Both the position numbers and the translations under genes were made by a program. Under the pieces are notes generated by a model that was given only the letters and a program-made list of their open reading frames with translations, ran no database searches and was not told where the DNA came from. Shown piece after piece: positions 48,855 to 61,825 of a DNA stretch of 64,000 nt (within the stretch, counting starts at the first letter, position 1; every line of letters begins with the position of its first letter). Origin of the DNA: the human T2T-CHM13v2.0 reference genome, Homo sapiens; NCBI RefSeq assembly GCF_009914755.1, contig NC_060927.1; one strand, 5' to 3'.

Positions 48855-49278
48855 GTTCCTGTGTGGCTCAATTGCCTTGGCCATTCCATACTTCACATCT
48901 GCCTGTATCTATGCCCTTCGCTGTAAGACTTGGCAGTGTTTCTCACCAAAAAGATCTAGTTTGTTTTTTTATGAGACTCGATGAGAGCAGAAAATTTCTG
49001 CCTCCTCCCTGACTCCTGCCACCGCCATGGCAGCATTCCTCTGTAGGAATATAAGAGATACAAGAAGGAAACGTAGATCTTCCCAAATGAGGCCATCCTG
49101 GATCACTTAGCCCCCTCAGTGTCCACCAGCTGATTACAGATTCCTTAGTGAACCTAGCAAGATCAGTAGAACCCAGCCCATATCATCAGAACTGCTGGAT
49201 TCATGAGAAATAATAAATAATTGTTGTTTAAGCCACCACATTTGGAGTTGTTTATTACTCAGCAAAACCTAACTGATA
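48855..49278 (+). mobile_element. MLT1-type MaLR LTR
   Basis: 3' end aataaataattgttgtttaagccaccacatttggagttgtttattactcagcaaaacctaactgata. Confidence 0.7.
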
Positions 49279-50773
49279 TTATTGTATAATTATCCCATTT
49301 TAGAAAATGGAAGTATGGAAAAATGTAAATATTCAGAAATACGTAGTAGATGTAAGGGCATAGGAGGAGTCAAAGGACATGAAAAGCTCAAGCCAATGTG
49401 GATGTACTTATGTATTCTGACAGTCCTGGGCAAATTTTTCAAGTATATATATATATATGAAAAAATATATATATATGCATATACACACGTACACACACAT
49501 ACACATATATACATATATCTAAATCTTATAAATCTTGCTTTGTCAACTCAGGAACAATGCTGCCAAGAAGAAATTACTTTTAAAAATTTCTTCTGGAAAG
49601 ATACAGGGAGGAGAGAAACAAAATTCTGAAAGTAATGGCAAGATGGACAAAATTTATGAAAATAACCTTGCAAGGTACTCTTCGTGAATTAAGTTCAATA
49701 GCAGCAGGATAGAAAATCAGTGGAATACTAGATTACAAAATAACAAAGTTAGACAAGAGTGAAATCAGCTCTCAGGTATCATAAGAGTCTCTCAAATATA
49801 GCGGAGAAAAGGGCTGGCACTGACAGTCACAAGGAGGCAGGGATGTGTGCTGAGAGTATGGGGAGGAAGACAAGAATCCAGGGTTGGATGGTGGATGTTG
49901 GCATCTTCTTCTAAAGTGTTATCTCACTCTCTTAATGTCCTTTGTCTTGAAGGCTCAGCTCTCATTTATTCATATATTTACACTTGATGTGTCTCCCCTA
50001 CTCTATATTTCTACCTGCCTCAGATAGCTATTTCCCCTTTAATTGGCTAGAAAGTGAAATTAAAATTGAAAAGAGTATGCGTGTGTGTGTGCAAATGTGT
50101 GCATGGGTTGCCATATTAATATTCTATTTTAAAGCAATTTTTCTAGTTCTCATTATTAAAAAGTGATGAAAGGGGACAATAAAGTTATTGTTTTTCTTGC
50201 ATGAGGCTTTTTATTTTTGTTTTTCTGGGCTAAATTGAGTTGGTATTTTACTTTTAAATATAGATAGATTTTTCTTAAGATACTATACACTCAAAACACT
50301 GTGTGATTGTTGAGTTTACCATTTTTTGACTTTTTAGGCTTTCAGTCTTGATGATGACAATGACTCCAAAAGCAAAATATTTTTAAAATGGCGTTGTCCT
50401 AATGATTCTTTACAAAGGAAAAGAAATATTGGGCAACAGAAATGTCACCACAGTGTATATGCAATATTGTAACGTCCCAGAACTGTTCTGTTGGCTCAAG
50501 GTAGAAGTATGTATAAAGTCAAGGGTTCTAAACTAATCCCCTCCCCTATTCCACAATTGCGTATAATACTTTTTTTGACACTAAGTAAGCCCATCACTGG
50601 CATTTCTTCTGCCCTAAGCATGACCTCCAGAATCTCTGCTTAATCCTCAACCCCCAATCCCTCACTACCTGACTTCTCACAGTGAAAAGCTACCAAAAGC
50701 AAAAGATCTTAAAATACAAGTTCATTATGAAATATGATATTATAAATATAGAAAAAGAGAACAATATACCTAC

Positions 50774-50939
50774 CAAGGTCTCTTATAGCAGCTGCGGTTA
50801 GCATGGGATCTGAACTCACAAGGATAGCTGAAAATAATAACCATTGGGTAGGCTTCAAAAGTAATTGATTTACAGATGCCAGATGCCAAAGAACTAAGAT
50901 ATAATTAACCAAAAAGCCGGGAATTGAAATTAAAAGTAT
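50774..50939 (-). CDS. SLC9C1: SLC9C1 exon 5 (ILLISIPGFLVNY...FSAILVSSDPMLTAAAIRDLG)
   Basis: tttgcag| ... g|gtaggt; 166 nt, phase 0-1. Overlaps ORF 50709..50945; SDP corresponds to the NHE T/S-D-P motif. Confidence 0.96.
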
Positions 50940-51807
50940 CTGCAAAGAAATTTTACAATTAGAAAAATCAGACTGCTTTTGTAGTCCATTTTAAGAAGAA
51001 AATAATCAGGATTATTGGAGATACAGAATCAACCAACACCAACAGTACCCACCAGCAGACACAGGAGTGGGGCCATCTAGCTCACGCTGCTTCAGCTGAC
51101 TTCCACTTGACCAAAGATGCAGGACCCCTTTTTTGTCTGTTCTTTTTTATTTCATCTTTTTGTCATTTGTCTGAACTCCATGTGTCTGGATTTGGCTTAA
51201 AAGTATAAATTATTCTAACAAATTATTTGCTTCTAATGCAGTTTAGGTAATGGCCTGTATTTACAAAACTGTTGTGATTACTTTGAAAGAAACGTACACC
51301 CTACTTATGATTTGGAGTGTTTTTTCTTGAGGTCTTTCCCTGATACCGTTCAAATCTCACATATTAAAAAACTTATGGTTTTTGAATTAAAGTTTAGCTG
51401 CTTATGTTTTCTTCTCTGCTTTTATTCTCTTAGATATGAATGTAGGAAGCTCTAAAACATAGGTATTTAAAACATGACTTTTCTTAGCAATTTCCTTTTA
51501 CTGGAGCTAATACACTTTCTCATAGCACTCTTGTAGCATTTCCGAGTTAAAATTATATCTGGTATGAAGTTATGCAAGTCAGATTTTCAGAATTACTGTT
51601 TTCTTTCTAATTTTTCCCCTGGGTCTTTGATATGCTAGGCAATTGCCAAGATATGGCTTATTCACTAAATGATGAAGCTGAATTTATTACTCCCATACCC
51701 TTTTCTTTCTTCTTTGTTCCCTATTTTGGAAAAAAATATTTTAAAAATTTGAACATAGATAATATGTGGTTCATGAATGAATGATATTACCAAAAAAGAA
51801 TGCTTAC

Positions 51808-51936
51808 CTGCCAAAATAACTTTTGAAGCATGTACGTATCCATGTCAAATGCAGTAGTAAAGAAAACTACTGGTGTAAATATACGAAAAAATAAGTCTGG
51901 ACTCATCCATTGTATGGCGTTTGCGTATCTTTGGAC
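51808..51936 (-). CDS. SLC9C1: SLC9C1 exon 4 (VQRYANAIQWMSPDLFFRIFTPVVFFTTAFDMDTYMLQKLFWQ)
   Basis: attag| ... cag|gtaagc; 129 nt, phase 0-0. Resembles the CPA1 'F..FLP.IIF..A' segment. Confidence 0.95.
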
Positions 51937-52297
51937 CTAATATTATACAAATATATCATCTTCTCATTTATTCATCACTATTAGAATAGAATACATGCTA
52001 GGTGCTCCTAAATCTAACAGTAGAGAAAGACAATTTTTAAAAGATATATCACACAAAGGAGTAAGTGATCGTATCAAATTCTAGAAACTACAAATAATTG
52101 GCCATGGCTTATGTAGAAGATATGTGTGGAAGAATAGAACGGATAGAGACTGGAAAGTTAATGTAATTCATGCAATAACTAATAAACAATGTTTAACATG
52201 AGATATTTAGTGGAAATGTGTAACTCCTATTCTAGGTATCCATTCAATATTCACTTACTAGGGAAACACTGAGTACCTACTGTGTTAGGTAATATCT

Positions 52298-53028
52298 TTG
52301 CATTTGGGAGATAATTCTCCATGTGTCTCTTGTGTTTCTCCACGGTTTATGCATACAGGCATTGGTTGTTTTTCTTCCAGACTATCTTTTCATGAATGTT
52401 GGTATGGCTTAGAAGCAGAGCAAGTGTTGTCCTCCAGAGCAAATGACAGGTTTACTTTACTGTCCAGTGTAATAAAGATAGTATCTCCCTCAGAGACATT
52501 TATTACATTTAAAGAACAGATATAGGAAGTACACTGACATGGGTACTAAAGAATATGCAGCAGATTTTCAGGCAATCAAGACGAAGAAAGAAGTTTCAGG
52601 TAGGTGGATAATCATGCACAAAATTCACAAAGGAGTAAGTGATTGTACCAAATTCTAAAAACTACAAATAATTGGCTATGGCTTATATAGAAGATGTGTG
52701 TGGAAGAATAGGCAAGAGAGCAGATGAGCTTACTACCCATTATAGAAGATTCGGGTTCTCTAAGCTTACATTTCTTCTCCTGTGGCCAGATATATAACCC
52801 AATGTAGGTGCAGATTTCACCTGGCCTTCTTTGCTTCTTTGGGATTATGGTTCAGGAAACAGGCACAAGAAAATGTTAACTCTGGTTATTGCTATTGCTG
52901 TGGATAATAAAACCCTTTTTCTCTGGTCCAGGAGTCCCATCTCTTTTGCTGGGATCATGAAACTGGCAGGCTAGCTTATTAGCTGGCAAGTAGAGAAAAA
53001 TCTTAGCCCCTTCATGGGTCTTAACATT
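52298..53028 (+). mobile_element. ERVL solo LTR (LTR40-like), interrupted at ~52495-52711
   Basis: ttgggagataattctccatgtgtctcttgtgtttct...aataaaccctt...gtcttaaca. Confidence 0.6.
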
Positions 53029-53510
53029 GGTCTCTTCCTTTGCAGGAGTTGCTGACAAATAGTAAAGCTTATAGAAGTACTTCAAATTGCATCTGTGTCA
53101 AAATCATATGATTACAAAACCTGTTTATGACATGTAAAGGAGTAAACTGCTTCTGGTTCTTACATGAATACATGTTTTGTATAATATTTTTAACATCATT
53201 GACTGAATTTGTTTGGGAAAGTCAATCATTTCAGACAAGTTCTCCCATCCATTCTGATTGACTAGGGCAGATATTGGCAAATTATGGCCCCTTGGCCAAA
53301 TCTGCACACTTAAGAGACTAGTTTCTCATCTAACAGAAACCCTTTAAAACAGTCTTCATTGAGGAAATAGATTAGTTCAATATTATAATATTTTTGCTAC
53401 TCAAGTCCTGTACCAGCAGTACAAAGTCTCCCTGAGCTCCTATGTCATTAGCCATTTTTTTCCCAAGCTTTTAAAATCTGTTTAACATTCCTTGGCCACT
53501 AATACTTTTA

Positions 53511-53593
53511 TGTATGTACTCAGTAGCTGTATGTACTCAGTAGCTGTATGTACTCAGCTTTTGCAGATCTCAGCTAGATCTCAGCTTTTGCAG
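53511..53593. repeat. 17-bp tandem repeat (tgtatgtactcagtagc x ~2.8) followed by shuffled short duplications
   Basis: Read directly. Confidence 0.9.
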
Positions 53594-53761
53594 GCCTGGC
53601 TCCTTTTTCTACATACCTGACGTGATGCTAGCCACATCACAATCATCTATCAACTGGCAGAACAGTGAGGGGATGAATAACTTTTGCAAATTTTAAATGC
53701 CATCTCTGCATTTATATAATTCTCAAATAAATAGTGTAAAATACTCATTTACAATACACAC

Positions 53762-53862
53762 CTGTGAAGATGTAAAGCTTAATACTTCAAAACTGCATCC
53801 AAGTAAAAATAATATCACAGGGACAGGAATTGGAAAGTCTTCCAAGTGCCGGTTCAAAAATG
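53762..53862 (-). CDS. SLC9C1: SLC9C1 exon 3 (AFLNRHLEDFPIPVPVILFLLGCSFEVLSFTSSQ)
   Basis: ttttttgcag| ... cag|gtgtgt; 101 nt, phase 1-0, cumulative 189 nt. Confidence 0.95.
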
Positions 53863-54784
53863 CTGCAAAAAATATGTTGTTACTGAAAGGCAATGAGATA
53901 TCTCATTTATAGAACTTTAATGTGACATGATTTCTTAAAATTGTGAACAATGTCTTACAGTTTCACTACTTTTCATGAGTTTAAAATCCTCCCTCACACT
54001 TATCAGCACACAGAATCAGTGTAACTGTTAATCTACCGGGTTACTGTTTTACCTCTCCTATGATGTATCTCATTCTCATCTCCTTAGAAACTTAACAAAC
54101 ATTACTAGCAATTATTGGCTCTTGGGTTACTATTGAAATATTTATAGTAGTTTTGTACACATTATAAATCAGAGATTAGTTTCTTTAGCAATCCTGCAAT
54201 AAAAGATTAGTAAGTAAACTTTAATGAAATCTGGTTCAGGAACAATGAGAAACTAGACCAACTTAAAAAACTAGTTGTGGAATAGTGGGTTTTGCTGCAA
54301 CTGGTTCATTTTCCTCCTGTTTTCACTAATTCTGGCACAATCCGACACCATCGCCCTTCTTGTAAGGCTGAGCCTGAGAATGCAAAGCAGAGAGGCAGGA
54401 CCAAAATCGAGGTGAATCTGGGAACCTGATAATGGGTCTCCGGGTGCAGTCTCTGAAACTGGAGGATATTGGGAGAAAAGGCTCTCCGATGTGGAGATAA
54501 TGGGGAAGCTCTTGGCATGGTTGGCTGCAGGTATGTGATCCTGGAGGAGCGGGAGTCAAATAGGATACACCGATTTTTAATTCAAGGAACACATTTCTGA
54601 AACACTTTGCCACAGTGAAGGAAATAAGGAATTGTACTCTCAGAGATTTTGGGAAAAGATGCATGGGTCTTAGAAGATAATTACTCAAAATATGCAGGGA
54701 AGGAATAAAAGTGAAGGGTGTTTTTCTTACAGAACATAATTTGTCATATTTATTTGATCAAGACGTTGAAGATTTATATCATAA

Positions 54785-55928
54785 GGATCTAGTCTGAAGC
54801 ATTAAGAAGAATAAGACATCGGTTTGAAAAGAGGAATATGAATTTTGCTAAAATTGAAGCAAGAACAAACATCAAATTTATGTTGACACTTGGGTGGAAG
54901 AATGGTGACTTAATTGATGCTTTATGAAAAGTTTATATATGTTTGGAGACAATGCTCCAAAGAGAACAGTTTATAAATGAATAATTAGTTTTAAGAAGGG
55001 ATATGTAATGTTGAAGAAGAAGCCCACAGTGGCGGATCATCCACATCAGATTGTGAGAAAAAAACTAATCTAGTTCATGGCCTAATTGAAGAAAACCAAC
55101 AATTAACAGCAGAAATGACAACCAACACCATAGACACACCTTACACAATTCTGACCGGAAAAGTTCAACAAACTTTACACCTGAGAGGTACAAAAACCAT
55201 TGCACCCAGATCAGCTACAGACAAGAGCAGAGCTTTCAATGGCCATTTTAATAAATGGGCTCATGATCTTGAAGCATTTCACTGAAAACTTGTAACAGGA
55301 GATGAAACCTGTCTTTACCAGTGCGATCCTGAAGACAAAGCACAATTAAAGCAATGGTTACCAAGATACAGAAATAGTTTAGTCAAACTACAAGTGGACT
55401 GGTTGAGAACAAAGGTAATGGCAACAGCTTTTGGATGCTCAAGGCATTTTGCTTGTTGACTTTCTGTAGTGCCAAAGAATGGCAACATCTGCTTATTATG
55501 AGAGTGTTTTGAAAAACTCAGCCAAAGCTTTAGCAGAAAAATGCCGGAGAAAGCTTCACCAGAGAGTTCTTCACCACAGCAATGCTCCTGTTCGTCCCTC
55601 TCATTAAACAAGGGCAATTTTGTGAGAGTTTTGATGGAAATCACTAGGCATTCACCCTATAGTCCCAGTTTGGCACCTTCTCACTTTTTTGTCCTAATCC
55701 TAATAATTTGTTAAGGGCAGTACATTGTTCTTCAGTTAATAATGAAAAAAAAAACTGCATTGATGTGGTTAAATTTCCAGAACTCTCAGTTCTTTCGGAT
55801 GGACTAAATAGCTGGTATCATCCCTTAGAAAAGTGTCTTGAACTCGGTCAAGCTAATGTTTAGAAATATAGTTTATACTTTTATCTTTTAATTCCATTTT
55901 TCCACAAATTTTTGAAGTCTCCTTGAAT
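54785..55928 (+). mobile_element. Hsmar2 mariner transposon, degraded transposase, left end missing
   Basis: ATG 54838 MNFAKIEARTNIKFM..LGWKNG; VTGDET (gtaacaggagatgaaacc); YSPSLAPS (tatagtcccagtttggcaccttct); right ITR-like ttccacaaatttttgaagtctcct. Confidence 0.9.
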
Positions 55929-56278
55929 ATTCACCCTTTATAGAGGGGAAAAATTATTGTGACTATTCATGTTAACTTAAATTAATGCTGACTTAATTTT
56001 CTATTTTGTAAATATACACAAACATAAAAATTGATACAAATTTTGTTTATAGCCCTTAACAAACAAATTTGTGAAATAAATGCATTCAGAAACAAACTAA
56101 AACAACATTAATGGAATGGATGCTACTGTTTTACCGAGGAGTAAACATGGTACTGGCTGCTATGGAAAAAGTTACAGTCATGTGCCTTGTGATGATCGTT
56201 TTGTCTACAACTTTACTCTTTGCAGACCTCAAGACTATTGAAATGAGGGGAGGGGATCTGAATTCCCAAAAGAATGTC

Positions 56279-56573
56279 GACTGGGCATGGAGGCTCATGC
56301 CTGTGATCCTTGCACTTTGGGTGGCCAAAGCAGAAGGATCCCTTGAGGCCAGGAGTTCCAGACTAGTCCTGGCAACAAAATGAAATCCTGTCTCTACAAA
56401 AAATAAAATAATTAATGAGGCATGGTTGTGTGTGCCTGTGGTCCTAGCTGCTTGGGAGGCTGAGGTGGGAGGATCACTTGCACCCGAGGTTTTGAAGCTG
56501 CAGTGAGCTGTGATTATTGCCACTACAATGGGTGACAGAGCAAAACCCTATCTCTAAAAAAAAAAAAAAAAAA
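56279..56573 (+). mobile_element. Alu (AluJ-like)
   Basis: Alu body, poly(A), aaaagaatgtc on both sides. Confidence 0.9.
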
Positions 56574-58013
56574 GAATGTCTTTGTTCTATGCAAATCCTA
56601 ATTTGAAGAATTCTGCATTAAATTCTTTCCAAACATTTTTCTAACTCCAGTAAGCAGTTCAGTTTTTATTTGATTCAGGATTAGGCTTTGACAGTAGTTA
56701 ACTAAATTGGATTAAAAGTTTTGTGAACTCATAGGCAGTTTTGCTTTTTTTAGATACAGGCAGTCCTTGCTTTGCACAGTTCCAATATGCATAAATATTG
56801 GTTACCACAGTTAAGTTAAATAAAACCAGTCCAACAATGTGGTTAATATTTCCATGACCACAGTATTGAGAAAACTTGCATAAATTTTGCTGCCAGCTCT
56901 TTAGTCCACAAATCACTGTGCAAAAAAAAAAAAAAAAAGATGGGCATCATGATCGGTCGCCTATTACATTACTTCTTTCAAAGTTTGTTGGTGATTCGTT
57001 ACTGATCATCTGTTCAGTTCATGCACAGATAGCAAAGCACAAAGTGCATAGTAGTGTTGCCTCCGCGACCCCAAGGATTAAACTCGTGACCATTTACAAA
57101 AATGGATAATCAAAAGAGGTAACTGGTTAGCAAGGGACAGGGCAGCAAAGAAAAGTGATAATGCTGGAAGTGAAATTGGATGTGATTAGATTTGAAAGTG
57201 GTGACAGCAAAGCAAAGATAGGTTGAGACCCAGACCTGCATGAAATTGTAATACAAACCTATTTTAAAAGTCTGATAAATGTAAAAAGGTAAAGTTGCTT
57301 CAACATCTTTCAGTTTTAGTTGCACTGGGAACAGAGAGCTGCTTGTGGTTGAAATGGAGCATTTACTTGTTTGGATTGAAGACTAATCAAAAACAAATCC
57401 CAATCAGTTTGACTAGCATTCAGGCCAAAGTGATAACTTTAGTTACTGCATTGAAAGAAAATGGTAATGACAAGAAGACTGAAAGAGAATATATTATTAC
57501 CAGTAAAAGCTGGGTTCATCATTTCAGAAGTCGGCATGAATTGATGTTAAGCTATCTCATGAAGCTGCAAGCTTCAGATAGAATGTTACAGAAGATAAAG
57601 CTGACTATGGGAATGTTAACGCTGCTGCTGTTCAAGAGGCAGTTCTAGATACGTAGCCAGGGGAATTTAGCAAAGTCAAATGTATAGACATAAATTAAGA
57701 AAGTGGTTGTTATGTAAAGAACAACCATGTCTCAGGAAGTGATGCCAGCAAAAAACTTCACATTAAAGGAGCTCTCAGATACTTCATTACATTGAAAATG
57801 CAAAGGATAAACTTTTGGAAGCTGACCCAAAGTTAAGAAGGAGTGAGACAATTTGCCAAGGCATAGAAAAGATGAACACTAGTAAGTTATATGGTAAGAC
57901 AAGCATTATTCAAACTATTCTTTATAAAATTATAAAGAAATGTTTTAGTGTTTCAATGTTTCTAATATTTTAAATTACTAAAAGTTTTATTAAGTATACT
58001 AAATAAATATTAG

Positions 58014-58276
<263 letters not shown>

Positions 58277-58290
58277 AAAAATATTTATAG

Positions 58291-58600
<310 letters not shown>

Positions 58601-58825
58601 AGGAGAGTTTTTAATCTAGCAAATTTAAAAGTCACAGAACAATCATAAATTTTTGCATAGATTAAGATTACACTGCATAATTTCAGCTTGCATGCTCAAA
58701 GCCAGGACTCCTTGCGTGGAAAACAAGCAAGGGAGTCTGCATATTTAACCAGATGTAAATATGCACATCAAGTCTACAAACAGCTATATTTTTCCTTATG
58801 GTATTCAGTTATAATTTAACATTTA

Positions 58826-59122
58826 CTTTTTATTTTTTTTCTTTGAGATAGGATCTAGCTCTGTCACCCAGGCTGGAGTGCAGTGGCATGATCTTGGCTC
58901 ATTGCAATATCCACCTCCTGGCTCAAGCAGTCCTCCTACCTCAGCCTCCTGAGTAGGCGGGACTACTGGTGCGTGCTAACATGTGCAGCCAATTTTTGGT
59001 TGTTGTTGAGACGAGGTTTTGCTGTGTTCATGGGCCTGGTCTTGAACTGCTGGACTCAAGTGATCTGCCCATCTCAGCCTCCCAAAGTGTTAGTATTACA
59101 GGTGTGAGCCACTGGACCTGGC
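58826..59122 (-). mobile_element. Alu (AluJ-like)
   Basis: Alu body with T-rich tail on the left. Confidence 0.9.
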
Positions 59123-59763
59123 CTAACAGTTAGTTTTCATATTGCTTTTATGTGTTGCTATATCAAAAGCTTTGAAATAAAATTTTTATAATACTGTGAA
59201 AAAAATTACTTATTACACATTAAAAAGCCCATAACAAATATTTAACTTTGTGTATTATTGTTTTAAAAGTGCAATAAGTAATATCATAACATTTGCTTCC
59301 ATTTCATTTTTTTCTGCTTCTTTGTAATACAGTCCCTAATCAGGTCAAAGATAGTGCAAAAAGTGTTTTCTTTTTGTTTATACCATGTTCTTTTCTTCTC
59401 AAAATAGCAGGCATAATTTATAATTTGGACAAAACCTATGGGACACCCTGCCCCAACCCTTGATTTTCTGCCTGTTTTCTTCAATTATCTCCTTCATTGA
59501 AATCTGACCCTGACATAGCAAGTAAGAAGGTATGAATGAACACTTTGAACCCAATAGGATGAATGTTATGAAAATCAGATTCTACACGTCTCTCCATAGG
59601 AGCAAATTATTATTGGATTCATTTGATTGAAAATATTGAGCTAAAGGTATAAGTTTGAGAACAAAATTATATCCTATTACTTCTACTTTCCTTAATTCTA
59701 TATGGTAGCATTTATAAGATGTACCGGAAGAATAAACTCAGATAAAGAGAGAGTGATACTTAC

Positions 59764-59851
59764 CTCCAATGGAGCTGATCAAAGACAATGTTAGAATGAC
59801 TTCAGGGAGGTCCTCAGTACTGAAAAAAAACTCCTTAAATATTCCAGCCAT
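59764..59851 (-). CDS. SLC9C1: SLC9C1 first coding exon (exon 2 if one upstream non-coding exon exists), aa 1-29 MAGIFKEFFFSTEDLPEVILTLSLISSIG
   Basis: ATG at 59851 (aaacATGg); 88 nt to donor G|gtaagt. Translation matches the human SLC9C1 N-terminus as I recall it. Confidence 0.95.
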
Positions 59852-59910
59852 GTTTCAGAAAAATTTTTATGCAGATTTATGTTAGAAGCAATCTCCATAT
59901 GATCATCCAT
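59791..59910 (-). other. Overlapping out-of-frame upstream ORF, 39 aa MDDHMEIASNINLHKNFSETWLEYLRSFFSVLRTSLKSF*
   Basis: Translated by hand: ATG 59910 (aagATGg), TAA at 59793-59791. It starts 59 nt upstream of the annotated ATG, so it is out of frame. Confidence 0.9.
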
Positions 59911-59938
59911 CTTGTTGTTTTTCACAGTCCATCTGAAT
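59852..59938 (-). other. SLC9C1: 5' UTR part of the same exon, containing several upstream ATGs
   Basis: Acceptor tatgtttcttag| ends at 59939; a second AG lies 6 nt downstream. ATGs at 59932, 59910, 59906, 59898. Confidence 0.7.
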
Positions 59939-60825
59939 CTAAGAAACATAAGATTTGCCTTCTTGGTGGCCTTCTAATAATTTTCTAAAAAAGAAAAAAA
60001 GCCCTATTCTCCTTTAATTATTTCTAGTGATTTCTCGTGGTCTGCCAAATTTAGGGATGCCTCTCCCTTCTATGATGCTTTCAAGTTAATGTAATAAAAA
60101 AGTCAGAACCCCAAGTGATAGAGACTACCAGTGTTACCTTATGTTTACTTACAATGCCAAGCACTACGCACTTGTTACCCACTCTGAATCCATCCAACTG
60201 TCTGAAAGAAGGATTCTCCATCTAACTATTCACACTCACCAATGTGGTCATTGGAACCACAAGCTGGTGCAGGTTACTTAGCTCTGTGGAAGGACAACAA
60301 AGGGTTTTGTCCTCAGATTATCTAAGCCTCTGCAAGCATGTTCTGACAGCTATTCCAAAGTAGGAGGAAAAGCAGGGAAGAATATTTGGATCTCTTTTGT
60401 TGTTTTATCCAGACAGAAATTAATAAATCATGATGATATCCAATCACAGCCTTCTTTGATCTCATTTGGGACACTGACAGACCAGGTGTTCTCTAAATTT
60501 ATATGTGTATATAGCAACCAAGAATGTAAGAAAAATATTAAAACCAAAAAACTTTCTTAAATCAGGGAAATTGTTACATGTTCTATTTCTTTGTTACTTC
60601 TTGGAAGAGGAACAAGAGGGGCCTTGATAAGAGTTTGAAACAATAGACAGTTAACCACAGTCAGGCAATCTCGCCTGCTTCCCATGGAAAGGAAAGTTTT
60701 ACATCAAAGGTCTTACATTTCACACAGGATATTATGATTCTATCTCTCATAATGGTAGCTTGACATTTTTTAGTGCCTTCTATCAGCATCTCATATGGCT
60801 GCCTTACTAAGAAATTATAATTCCT

Positions 60826-61236
<411 letters not shown>

Positions 61237-61490
61237 TTATGTCTTCCTTTTTATTATAAAACAATATTTTGAAGGGGAAAATAAATACATGTTTATTGTG
61301 AACACTTCTTGAAATAAATATGTAAACAAGTATTTCAAAAGCAGAAGAGAAATGACCCAAAATCATATCATCTAGTGGCTCTTACAGGTTTTATTTGCAT
61401 TGTTGGGCTCATCCTTTTACGATTAAATTTTGTGCTGTTTTCCTCTTATTATTGTATCACCAGCATCAAAAGCCTTATAGATAACATTCA

Positions 61491-61825
<335 letters not shown>

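Noticed and set aside
53511-53593. CRISPR-like array
   Set aside because: Tandem units without spacers, in mammalian intronic DNA.
54306-54688. Overlapping 120-aa and 70-aa minus-strand ORFs
   Set aside because: No recognisable protein similarity and not needed in the SLC9C1 exon chain; only the CpG and splice signal was kept as a finding.
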